The position numbers and the translations under genes are program-made. Under the pieces are notes generated by a model. That model worked only from the letters and a program-made list of their open reading frames with translations, was not told the origin of the DNA and ran no database searches. DNA of 45,618 nucleotides from Candidatus Nitrososphaera maunauluensis. GTDB taxonomy: Archaea; Thermoproteota; Nitrososphaeria; Nitrososphaerales; Nitrososphaeraceae. The stretch is from positions 7,553 through 53,170 of the forward strand of contig JBEVTH010000001.1 in assembly GCA_041156085.1 (NCBI GenBank), in the 5' to 3' direction. This document shows, piece by piece, positions 1 through 8,827 of the stretch; position 1 is the first letter of the stretch; every line of letters begins with the position of its first letter.

Positions 1-1
1 T

Positions 2-385
2 GGACACAGCCTAAACTATTGTGCAGGATGGAGGGCTGGAGCAGGAAATACTACTCATTGCGATAGACCAGGATGGCCTAGCTGCTATGACTTGGGATAT
101 CAGGCAGGTAAGAAAGCTATTTCTTCTTCTGGAGCTGCCTGCCCTATTGGTCGTAGTCAGAGCTTTTGCAAGGGATATGAGGCCGGAACAGTTGGCAAGC
201 CTAAACCAGGAGATACTACACATTGCGATAGATCAGGGTACCCATCTTGTTACAGTATAGGTTATCAGGCAGGTAAGAAAGCTACTGCTTCCTCTGGAGC
301 CGCTTGTCCTAGTGGACACAGCAAAAACTATTGTGCAGGATACGAAGCAGGGAACAGAAGTAGTAGTAGAAGCAACGAAACGTAG
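2..385 (+). CDS. Cys/Gly-rich tandem-repeat protein, 5'-partial (runs off the left edge of the window)
   Basis: Frame 2 is open from nt 2 to TAG at 383-385, so the ORF-track ATG at 92 is internal. There are about 2.5 units of 49-55 aa with the pattern GHSxNYCxGYxAG...THCDRxGxPSCYxxGYQAGKKAxxSSGAACPxG, with 4 Cys per unit. Confidence 0.6.
   Translation, partial: GHSLNYCAGWRAGAGNTTHCDRPGWPSCYDLGYQAGKKAISSSGAACPIGRSQSFCKGYEAGTVGKPKPGDTTHCDRSGYPSCYSIGYQAGKKATASSGAACPSGHSKNYCAGYEAGNRSSSRSNET
2..385 (+). repeat. In-frame tandem DNA repeat (units about 147 and 165 nt) underlying the Cys-rich ORF
   Basis: ggacacagc..aaactattgtgcaggat recurs at nt 2 and 314. acta..cattgcgataga...ggatatcaggcaggtaagaaagct recurs at nt 50 and 215. 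The offsets are multiples of 3. Confidence 0.7.
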
Positions 386-568
386 CACAATCGTATCTAG
401 CAAGCAACTTCGAAAAAATAGATAACAAAAAACAACCAATATGATTAAAGCACCATACGATTAATCACAAATTATTCCTATCCAATTTTGTATCTAACCA
501 TGGATGCTAAACTTAGGATTTTAGAGAAAAGAAATAAAACCCTATGCTGCCACAATTGAAAGTGTCTT

Positions 569-847
569 ATGACACAGAATGGTTACATCATTCATCAGCT
601 TGAACAATCAGGTTTTGTGATACTTAACGATGCTCCAAGAGTATTAGTGTGTAAATTAGAACCTATTGGTCCAGAGCCAGATGATGGCAGATGGTTAGAT
701 TTGTCTATCAATGAAGAGAGATGTTCGCTACTTCAGCAAATCGGCACTATCGTCAATGTTGCTGTAATGGGTATTGGAGGACGCAAAGATGAAAAACCCC
801 ATCTTTTCATAGAGGTTAGAAAGCGAGCACAACAACATAATAGATGA
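569..847 (+). CDS. hypothetical protein (92 aa)
   Basis: ATG-initiated ORF in a stop-rich AT-rich background. No recognisable motif. Confidence 0.4.
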   Translation: MTQNGYIIHQLEQSGFVILNDAPRVLVCKLEPIGPEPDDGRWLDLSINEERCSLLQQIGTIVNVAVMGIGGRKDEKPHLFIEVRKRAQQHNR

Positions 848-1220
848 GAATTAGTTAATCAAAGAGAACTGTTCGGTCGGGATGCCAGCAATTTTATATA
901 TATTGATATGTTCTTTGAAGCTTACTTATTGATACAATATCGGTAGAAGGTTATCGTGTTTATGTATTTATTGTATATATATCTCCATTATCGTTTTGAG
1001 CTTCTTCTCAATGACATTATACCCTTAGGAATATCCTGTATCTAATGCTGCCTATAACCGACGACAAAAAGAGAACGAGACTCGACGCAACTACAATAAT
1101 TAATCAGTAGCTTCTTCTTCAATGTCTGATTCTTGTGTTTGTCTTGTTCCACTATATGATTTTTAGTACATTTTACTCTGTGTCTATGTCTAAAATGCTT
1201 TGCAATAGTTCAAGTCCAGT

Positions 1221-1562
1221 TTATTGGGTTAGAGTCTGTCGCGTTTGCTTCATCGTGCTGTCGATTACGTCAACCATAAAACACATCTCTAATTCCTTCA
1301 ATCTTTCATCAATATCGGGTATGAATCTTTATACAAAACCTTTGATTATTTCTTCCATTTTTTCATATTTGTCTTTATCTACAGGATCTACACCATGTGC
1401 TAAGATCGAATTATTTCTGTAATCTATACGCCTCTTGATGATTTCATTTTTACTTACATATTTTATTGTAATAGGATGTTCTTTGTTCAACTCAGAGACA
1501 ATCTCGAAGCCTTCCATTAAGCCGACTTCAACTTTTTGTTTTCCATTCTTTTTAGAGAAATG
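1221..1562 (-). pseudogene. HEPN-like gene remnant (RNxSILAHG-type Rx4-6H motif), interrupted by an in-frame stop
   Basis: The 62-aa ORF at 1329-1517 contains ..IDYRNNSILAHGVDPV.. The frame is open upstream only to about 1562. An in-frame TAA at 1329-1331 is followed by a readable continuation, RFIPDIDERLKELEMCF..., ending in TAA at 1221-1223. This is far shorter than the CARF-HEPN proteins that carry this motif. Confidence 0.35.
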
Positions 1563-1656
1563 ATATCGTCATGCAACAATCAATTAAAGTAGTTCATAGA
1601 GAATGTGGGAGTGTTACTGTTACCGTTGATAGGAATAACTACTACTTTCAATACAT

Positions 1657-2037
1657 TTAGCTATCCAAGATATATTTGATTTTGTTTACTAATTCGCTTG
1701 GACTTATTGGTTTTTTAATAAAACAATTCTCTTCACCAGTTGGATATATCTGCTTAAATTCTTCATAACTGTTCTCTGTAGCAGACAAAAAGCAAATCTT
1801 TACTTTGTTATCACGTTCTTTTATCTTCTTGTATAATTCAAAGCCATTCATATTTGGCATTCTAACATCAATGACTATCAGATCGTAAGAATCAGGCTGA
1901 AAATTATTCAAAGCTGTAATAGAGTCAGTAAATATATCAATATTATTATATCCTCCCTTGCGCTCAAGGCCGTTTTTTATGATGGAGGCATTGTCATATT
2001 CATCATCTATTACCAATATTTTTTGCGTAGAAGACAT
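1657..2037 (-). CDS. single-domain response regulator (CheY-like receiver)
   Basis: ILVIDDE.., DLIVIDVRMPNMNGFEL.., KVKICFLSA: canonical receiver acidic pocket, phospho-Asp and downstream motifs. No output domain. Confidence 0.85.
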   Translation of the reverse strand: MSSTQKILVIDDEYDNASIIKNGLERKGGYNNIDIFTDSITALNNFQPDSYDLIVIDVRMPNMNGFELYKKIKERDNKVKICFLSATENSYEEFKQIYPTGEENCFIKKPISPSELVNKIKYILDS

Positions 2038-2174
2038 TTGTGTATGGTATGTAATAATACACTATAAAGTATAAAAAACAAGTCATTAGGATGAGGAACA
2101 AGAACCAAGCAAAAGAAGATTGTCTTTGTGTTACTAATGCTCTAAACCTGTGGTTTTAATTTTCTCAAGGTCTT

Positions 2175-2675
2175 TTATTTTCCCGCGTATGCATTCTTCA
2201 GGCCTTGTATATCTAGTTTCTTCATTTGAAGCATTGCATTTATGACTCTTTCCAATTTCATTGTATCTTTTTCCTGCACCATTTCAGATAAGATATTAGG
2301 AACGATCTGCCATGAAACACCAAACTTATCTTTTAACCAGCCGCACTGTTCTATTTCTCCTCCTTCAGAGAGCTTTTCCCACAAGTCATCTACTTCTTCC
2401 TGCGTTTCACAGCTTACGAGAAATGATATAGCTGGCGAGAATTTGAAAATCGGACCTCCGTTTAAGGCCATGAATTGTTGTCCTTCAAGTACAAACCTTA
2501 CAGTCATTATTGTTCCCTTCGGTCTTCCAGAGACCTCTGCAGCTGATTTACCATAGTGAGTAATATCTATGATTTTTGAATTTTTGAAAATAGAGATGTA
2601 AAATTTTGCTGCTTCTTCTGCATTGTTGTCAAACCACAGATGAGGAGTGATTTTTTGCATAACAAACTTGTTCAT
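2175..2675 (-). CDS. VOC/glyoxalase-superfamily protein (PhnB-like, 3-demethylubiquinone-9 3-methyltransferase-domain family)
   Basis: MQKITPHLWFDNNAEEAAKFY.., ..FMALNGGP.F.F..AISF.V.C..QEEVD..W..L....E.QCGWLKDKFGVSWQIVP. An alternative ATG at 2660 gives the family-typical MQKITP N-terminus. Confidence 0.8.
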   Translation of the reverse strand: MNKFVMQKITPHLWFDNNAEEAAKFYISIFKNSKIIDITHYGKSAAEVSGRPKGTIMTVRFVLEGQQFMALNGGPIFKFSPAISFLVSCETQEEVDDLWEKLSEGGEIEQCGWLKDKFGVSWQIVPNILSEMVQEKDTMKLERVINAMLQMKKLDIQGLKNAYAGK

Positions 2676-3319
2676 AGCTGTCCTATAACAAATAATATAA
2701 AATACATTACTACTAATACAGAGGATTAGCTGGAACCTCGTTATTAGTTATATAGGGTAGGTATCGTCATTGTAAGCCCAAACTCTTAACAACTCGATAA
2801 CACTATTGATACAATCGACAAGAACATGCTGGTCCGAAATATGTGATCATATGATACTAAAGACGGAAAATATTTTGCTATTCCACTAATGTTATTTTTG
2901 GGACACTTACAATTACTCTATATGTAATCATCCATGTCGCACGTTTTTGATTTGAGCGATTTTACAGCATATCCTGTTTTCAGTTATTTAAACGGAATCA
3001 TGCAATCTGTCTCTTCTTTCTGCTGATTATCATAACAAGTTTTATAATCTCGAAAATAAGTCTGTTTTATATTTTCAATCAGATTTTCAAATTCTTGTAA
3101 ATCATTTAAGCTATCTGTTTTTTACCATACTAATATTTTTATTTCAAAGTCAGACCACACTTTTTTCTTGAAGAGAATGAATCGTTGCAATCGTTGTGAA
3201 GTTGTCGTTGCAATGTTCGGTTGGTACGCAGAAAGCTAGTGTCGAGGTGGAGCATTTAGTTGCAACAATATATCAACGTTAAATTAATATTCATACAAAC
3301 CTTCTTAATTCTGTAAGTT

Positions 3320-5476
3320 ATGACAGTAACGCGATCAGATGCTAAGGTAAAGATTATTCTTGATTCGCTTGGTTATTCTTCACTTTATCCACCACAAGAA
3401 TTGGCTCTTTCCAAGGGGCTTTTAGAAAACAGGAACTTGCTTATCACTACACCTACAGCAAGTGGTAAGACACTGATTGCAGTATTCGCCGCAATTAAGG
3501 CAATTGAAAAAGGTCTGAAAGTTGTTTACCTTACTCCATTAAGAGCAATAGCTACAGAAAAATATCATTATTTTCAGGTTCTTGAAAACCTTGATATAAA
3601 TGATAAAAAAATTCGAATCAGAATTGCGACTAGCGATTATGATTCATCAGGGATGGAAGTATCGAATGCAGATGTTATAATTCTAACAAATGAGAAAATG
3701 GATTCTGTTATGCGCCATGGTGCAGAATGGATTGCCGATGTTGGACTTTTTGTAATCGACGAAGTTCATTTGCTTGGTGATAAAGATCGTGGTCCTACTC
3801 TTGAAATGATACTAACCAAGATACGTAAAATGTATTCACAATCACAGATATTAGCATTAAGTGCGACAGTTGCAAACTCGGAAGATATTGCGAAATGGCT
3901 AGGATGTGAACTAATTGAAAGTAACTGGAGACCAACTGATCTAGTAGAAGGAATATATGAACATGGCACAGTTAACATGAATAATGGCAGACAATTCAAA
4001 ATTGAAACTTCTGCTATTTCGTCTTCTGCAGTAGATATTGCGATTGACTCTCTTGATAACGGTGGACAGGCAATAATTTTTGCTGAAACACGTAAAAGAG
4101 CATCTTCGCTTGCTGTTAAGGCGGCCGAGGGTGTCTATAAACGACTTGATAAAGCTACCAAATCAATGGCTGGTGAATTATCATTGCAGATACTCAAGAA
4201 AGGGGATGATACCGAACTTACGAGAATTCTCTCCCACGTCATAGCAAAAGGCGTGGGTTTCCATCATGCAGGATTAGGACAAAGCAGTAGAGAAATTGTT
4301 GAGGAATCATTTAAGAGCGGCATAATCAAAATATTGACGGCTACTCCAACGCTGGCCGCAGGAGTTAACCTTCCTGCAAGACGTGTTATTCTAGCTAGTA
4401 TTCTAAGATATGATCCTGACTATGGTGGGAATATACCCATTAGTGTTTTAGAGTACAAGCAGCTGTGTGGTCGGGCAGGTAGGCCAAATTATGACACCCT
4501 TGGCGAATCTATCATTATAGCAGAGTCTGGAGTCAATTCACAAGAGATCTACGACCATTATATCTTAGGTAATCTCGAACCTCTGCGCTCTCAAATGACC
4601 AATGATAGAGCTATTAGAGTCCATCTACTCAGCACTATCGCGACTATTCCAGGATTGAAAAAATCCGAAATTTATGAGCTATTTGAAAGCACATTATTTG
4701 CTCAACAATATAGAAAAGCAAGAGTAGATTTCAAAGTTGATGCAGCCTTTAGGTATTTGGAATCGGAGGAGCTTATTACATCAAAGAATGGCAGATTTAT
4801 TGCAACTGATTTCGGACGAAGGATTTCGCTGCTTTATCTTGATCCAATCACGGCAGTACAGTTTAGAAAATCAATCCTATCAATTGAACCACAGCCAACT
4901 GACATAAATAATGATAATAAGTATACGTTAGGTTTCCTACATCTTATTACGAATAGCGCTGACTTTTATCCAAAACTATCATTACGAAAAAAAGATGTTG
5001 AGGAATTGAATACAATACTCCAAGAAAACAGTAGCGAACTATTCTATCAAATAAACGAGTATGAGTGCTCAAGGAGCCTAATAGCACTTTATAGATGGAT
5101 TAATGAAACGAGTGATAGAGTACTAAACGACAGGTTTGGGATTGAACCAGGCGATATGCATAGAATAGCTGAGAATAGCGAATGGCTAGCTTATTCATTA
5201 TACGAAGTTTCCAAAGTAATTAAACGTATGGATTTACTAGGATCACTATACAAGCTTAAGATTCGAATAAAATATGGTATAAAGGAGGAACTGTTACCAC
5301 TTGTCATGCTCGAAGGTATTGGCAGAATAAGAGCAAGAGCTTTGTATGACGTTGGTCTGACAAACATTGGAAAAGTTACTAATACATCAGAATCAAAACT
5401 ATCAGCAATCCCAAAAATTGGCCCAACAGTAGCTAAAAAGCTAAAAGAGCAATTAAATTCAATACGACATAAATAA
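3320..5476 (+). CDS. hel308: Ski2-like ATP-dependent DNA helicase Hel308
   Basis: Walker A TPTASGKT, DEVH box, SAT, TPTLAAGVNLPARRV and QLCGRAGRP motifs. The C-terminal helix-hairpin-helix is GIGRIRARAL...IPKIGPTVAKKL. 718 aa. Confidence 0.9.
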   Translation: MTVTRSDAKVKIILDSLGYSSLYPPQELALSKGLLENRNLLITTPTASGKTLIAVFAAIKAIEKGLKVVYLTPLRAIATEKYHYFQVLENLDINDKKIRIRIATSDYDSSGMEVSNADVIILTNEKMDSVMRHGAEWIADVGLFVIDEVHLLGDKDRGPTLEMILTKIRKMYSQSQILALSATVANSEDIAKWLGCELIESNWRPTDLVEGIYEHGTVNMNNGRQFKIETSAISSSAVDIAIDSLDNGGQAIIFAETRKRASSLAVKAAEGVYKRLDKATKSMAGELSLQILKKGDDTELTRILSHVIAKGVGFHHAGLGQSSREIVEESFKSGIIKILTATPTLAAGVNLPARRVILASILRYDPDYGGNIPISVLEYKQLCGRAGRPNYDTLGESIIIAESGVNSQEIYDHYILGNLEPLRSQMTNDRAIRVHLLSTIATIPGLKKSEIYELFESTLFAQQYRKARVDFKVDAAFRYLESEELITSKNGRFIATDFGRRISLLYLDPITAVQFRKSILSIEPQPTDINNDNKYTLGFLHLITNSADFYPKLSLRKKDVEELNTILQENSSELFYQINEYECSRSLIALYRWINETSDRVLNDRFGIEPGDMHRIAENSEWLAYSLYEVSKVIKRMDLLGSLYKLKIRIKYGIKEELLPLVMLEGIGRIRARALYDVGLTNIGKVTNTSESKLSAIPKIGPTVAKKLKEQLNSIRHK

Positions 5477-5711
5477 TGCTTACCTGTACTGATGCCATCT
5501 GAAATCCTTGAACGTGGATGACCATTTATCATATCTAGCATTTCACGATTCTGTGTATGACGATATCTTATAAGATATTATTAGTTTAATTAACCATGGG
5601 CGCTGGATTTTCAGGATTTACAATACCTGATAGTAATAACTTGCATGTGTAAGCTTACTGACATAATATAGAGATATTAACCTCTATTTTCTATCTGGAT
5701 AATAGCGACAA

Positions 5712-6722
5712 ATGCTCGAGCTATCTTTGGGAAATAATAGCCTAGTTTATGCAACGACTGTTTCGGTCATTTCCTTCTTTGTTACATTATTTGGAACACC
5801 TAAAATAATCAATTTGTTAGTAGCAAAAGGCGAAGTAGTACAAGATTATCATAAACCCGAGAAACCCAAAGTTCCGAGACCAGCTGGACCAGTATTACTA
5901 ATAGGTATTACAGTGTCTGAAATAGTTCTTTACTTGCTGACATTCAAAATTAAAGTTATTGCCATTCTACTCACTGCTATAATTGCCTTCATTGTAGGAT
6001 TCACTGACGATCGAAAAGTTATGCCAGGATGGTTCAAGCCTATCGCTCTAATTGGGGCAGCAATTCCATTGATAGTTTTGGGAGCACATGGAAGCCATCT
6101 TAACTTGATATTTGGCAGAGCAGATATTCCATTATTGTATCTACCGCTTATAATAATCATCATTCCGATTGCTGGTAACACTATTAATTCCATTGATGTT
6201 TTGAACGGTGTAGCTAGCGGATTCGTAATGATTACTATGATTCCACTTTTGGTCAGTATATCGATCTTTGGCAGTAGCGAAGTGTTGTTTGCCTCACTTC
6301 CTTTACTTTTCGCAACAATCGCTTTTTATAAATATCATAAATTTCCGAGTAGAATATTTCCAGGTGATTCTGGTACTTTACTAATGGGTGGAATGTACGG
6401 CGCTATTGCAGTGGCAGGAAATTCTGAAGTTATCGGAGCTATTGCTCTATTGCCAGCAGTAATGAATTCTTTTCTATTTCTTTCAAGTGTCAAAAAAATT
6501 GTTGAACATAGACAGGTTAAATCACGACCTACAGTTCTGAAGGATGATTTCAAGTTAGTAGCATCAAAAGAAAAGAAAGCACCTACTACACTTGTAAGGT
6601 TAATCCTGGCTGATGGTCCGCTTTCAGAAAAAGAGATTGTCTATCAAATATTCAAGCTGGCGACATTTACGTCCTTTCTCGCCTTTATTTCGATTATTAT
6701 CCAGTATCATTTTCTATCGTGA
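5712..6722 (+). CDS. glycosyltransferase family 4 (polyprenyl-phosphate HexNAc-1-phosphate transferase, AglH/WecA/MraY-like)
   Basis: Polytopic membrane protein with FTDDRK, NTINSIDVLNGVASG and FPGDSGTL motifs typical of the MraY/WecA/GPT family. Confidence 0.75.
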   Translation: MLELSLGNNSLVYATTVSVISFFVTLFGTPKIINLLVAKGEVVQDYHKPEKPKVPRPAGPVLLIGITVSEIVLYLLTFKIKVIAILLTAIIAFIVGFTDDRKVMPGWFKPIALIGAAIPLIVLGAHGSHLNLIFGRADIPLLYLPLIIIIIPIAGNTINSIDVLNGVASGFVMITMIPLLVSISIFGSSEVLFASLPLLFATIAFYKYHKFPSRIFPGDSGTLLMGGMYGAIAVAGNSEVIGAIALLPAVMNSFLFLSSVKKIVEHRQVKSRPTVLKDDFKLVASKEKKAPTTLVRLILADGPLSEKEIVYQIFKLATFTSFLAFISIIIQYHFLS

Positions 6723-6810
6723 GCCTATGAGATTTATTATCATAATGTAGATAATAATGGCAAGTTAATATTATATATTCATGGTGTTATTTCAATCGGC
6801 CCTTCAATTG

Positions 6811-7020
6811 TTATTCTTTATCAGCCATATAGATTTCTTTGAGCACTGAATAACCCCGCTTTTCTAGAAAAGACCAGCTTTTGCCACAAACTGTACAACC
6901 TATACGCTTATCCATTGAAGAAAATTCAAGCTCATAATGGCTGCAGCGTATCTGAAACTCGTGTTTTAGAGACTCCATTTCTTTGAGAGTTTCTATATGT
7001 CTGACAGAATTTTCCGTCAA
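6811..7020 (-). CDS. small hypothetical protein with a possible zinc-binding CxxC
   Basis: 69-aa ORF with a TTG start (internal ATG available). CSH...CTVCG arrangement. No family recognised. Confidence 0.3.
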   Translation of the reverse strand: MTENSVRHIETLKEMESLKHEFQIRCSHYELEFSSMDKRIGCTVCGKSWSFLEKRGYSVLKEIYMADKE

Positions 7021-7176
7021 TCTATACTATATTTATTTAAATCTTATTTATCAATGTTCTTAACTGGATGCCTCGAGTTTATAAACTGCATCTTTTTATT
7101 GTATATCTTACCTCACCCATTTTGTTGTATAGTTGCAATGTCAAATAGGTCAAACAACACACATAAAGGCTAAGGG

Positions 7177-7533
7177 TCAAAGTAACACGGATGTTGTTGC
7201 TTTGCCATAGATTTTTTCATTAGATGGCTGTGAAATCAAAGACTTTATTTGATTACAGCATTGGAGAAATTTGAATCCCTTCTGGGTAGTCTTGTAAATT
7301 GAATTGTCTTCACCATCTTTATCGGTAGTCAGCAAGCTGTGTGAAACAAGCGTGTGAAAATAGAATTTCATTTGTTCTGAACTTAAATTAGCTCTATACA
7401 TTATGTGCGTCTTCTTTACTCCTCCATCAACAGCAGAAGCAAGTATATCATAGATAATATCTACTTTGCTTCTATTTTTAAGTTCACTTTTATTCATATT
7501 AACTCCCCCAAATATAGTGAAGTCATCAGTCAA
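7177..7533 (-). CDS. winged helix-turn-helix DNA-binding protein (archaeal HTH_45/ArnR-like wHTH)
   Basis: SKVDIIYDIL....GVKKTHIMYRANLSSEQMKFYFHTLVSHSLL......YKTTQKGFKFL. The ORF-track start is TTG. The ATG at 7497 (MNKSELK..) is a plausible true start. Confidence 0.55.
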   Translation of the reverse strand: MTDDFTIFGGVNMNKSELKNRSKVDIIYDILASAVDGGVKKTHIMYRANLSSEQMKFYFHTLVSHSLLTTDKDGEDNSIYKTTQKGFKFLQCCNQIKSLISQPSNEKIYGKATTSVLL

Positions 7534-7542
7534 ATAAAGGTA

Positions 7543-7776
7543 TCAATTCAAAGTGAGATCGTTATTGGCCTTGTCATGTCCTTCTTCGAGAACATGGTTG
7601 AGATTTTTACAAATTGGAGTTGGAATAATTGCCATTGGATTATTGCTTTGAGTAATAATATATCTTGGTGTTGGCACCGTATCCTTTCTGCTTGCTGCTA
7701 CTCTATTAGTTGTAGGATTTGAGAGAGTAGCCACAGGATTTTTACCAAACCATTCAAAATTCTCTCGAATGGGCAA
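7543..7776 (-). CDS. hypothetical protein (77 aa, low complexity)
   Basis: TTG-start ORF ending 9 nt upstream of the wHTH gene on the same strand. No motif. Confidence 0.25.
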   Translation of the reverse strand: MPIRENFEWFGKNPVATLSNPTTNRVAASRKDTVPTPRYIITQSNNPMAIIPTPICKNLNHVLEEGHDKANNDLTLN

Positions 7777-7955
7777 TTTGCTTTAGGTTTACAAGTCTAG
7801 AAGATACCGTTGTTATAGCGGTTGTATCAATAACATTATCCTACAAAGGTGAAGGAATCTTTGTTGCTTGCGTTAGAGGATGCTAAATCCTTGTGAAGGG
7901 AAAATGGTGGATATGTTAATAATCTTAGCGATACCAAGCATTGATACGCTTCTCT

Positions 7956-8087
7956 TCATTTTTTTCTAAATCCACATTTTCCTTCGTCATTTTTCACATG
8001 ATTACGCCAATGTTTGGCGCAGCCTAATAACCAATGCTCTGTACAACCACATATAGGACATAGTTTAGTTTTCTTTTCCTTTGACAT
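7956..8087 (-). CDS. small CPxCG-type zinc-finger protein (43 aa; not in the supplied ORF track)
   Basis: ATG at 8087 through TGA at 7956-7958 encodes MSKEKKTKLCPICGCTEHWLLGCAKHWRNHVKNDEGKCGFRKK. A TATA-like element, cttatacttaaaag, ends about 24 nt upstream of the ATG on the coding strand. Confidence 0.35.
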   Translation of the reverse strand: MSKEKKTKLCPICGCTEHWLLGCAKHWRNHVKNDEGKCGFRKK

Positions 8088-8412
8088 TTTGTATTAATTT
8101 GAATTTGGCTCTTTTAAGTATAAGTAAAGCAATTAACAATAAAAGATATTGGCTATAAAGTGCCTCTAAGAGTAAATCTGTGACCGTCTAATATGACTTG
8201 ACCTGTACATGCTACCACCGCTAAGACAAATGGAGCTGCAAGCTATGACATGGATTGATTTATGATCTTATAGTATAATAGTAATCTGCGTTCTTAGTCT
8301 AATTCATGAATCTAAGAATGTCTGCTCAGTAGTATTATGCATCAAAAACTATCAGTCGATAAGGGTAAATTTCGAAGAAGGAAATGACAATCTGAAATAA
8401 TATTTGAAAGCC

Positions 8413-8420
8413 TTATATTA
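8413..8420 (+). promoter_or_regulatory. TATA-box-like element for the PII gene (leaderless-type spacing)
   Basis: ttatatta starts 30 nt upstream of the ATG at 8443. Confidence 0.35.
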
Positions 8421-8442
8421 TAACATCTTTTTAAAGCAGAAT

Positions 8443-8790
8443 ATGAAACGCATAGAAGCTGTTATTGCTAGTGAGAAGGTTCTAGCCGTGAACGAAGCAT
8501 TGAAAAGAGTTGGGGTGGGCGGATGTACTGTCCTTGACGCGAAAGGCAGAGGCAAAGGAGAAAAGCCTATGGTTGAATCTGACAGAGGGACAAGAAGATT
8601 TAAAGCTGAATTTTCAGTCAGAGCTTATCTTGTAATAGTAGTGCAAGATTCAGAGGTAGACAATATCATTAATACCATAGTAGACACAGTAAGCACTGGT
8701 TCAGCAGGTGATGGTAAGATTTTTGTATCCCCAATCAACGAAGCAGTTGACATAGGTACAAAGAAAAGAGGGGAAGTAGCTATAAAATAA
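8443..8790 (+). CDS. P-II family nitrogen-regulatory protein (GlnB/GlnK-like)
   Basis: MKRIEAVI...GVGGCTVLDAKGRGKG...VIVVQDSEVD..I..I......GSAGDGKIFVSPI matches the PII fold and B-loop (GDGKIFV). The start is moved from the ORF-track TTG at 8404 to the ATG at 8443, to match the family N-terminus and the TATA spacing. Confidence 0.8.
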   Translation: MKRIEAVIASEKVLAVNEALKRVGVGGCTVLDAKGRGKGEKPMVESDRGTRRFKAEFSVRAYLVIVVQDSEVDNIINTIVDTVSTGSAGDGKIFVSPINEAVDIGTKKRGEVAIK

Positions 8791-8827
8791 AGATTAGTTA
8801 TAGATAATATACATAATAACACCCATT

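Noticed and set aside
1135-1422. 95-aa plus-strand ORF
   Set aside because: It is hydrophobic and low-complexity, and lies antisense to the HEPN-like remnant. It is probably not coding.
2984-3235. Minus-strand 84-codon stretch with a single stop (..KVWSDFEIKILVW*KTDSLNDLQEFENLIENIKQTYFRDYKTCYDNQQKEETDCMIPFK), possibly another gene relic
   Set aside because: It has no start codon, I cannot recognise a family, and the length is only mildly unusual. It would need a frameshift-tolerant database search.
5563-5578. Perfect 16-nt palindrome ATATCTTATAAGATAT between hel308 and the GT4 gene
   Set aside because: At this AT content, roughly one or two such palindromes are expected by chance in 45 kb. 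There is no second copy and no obvious association with a start site.
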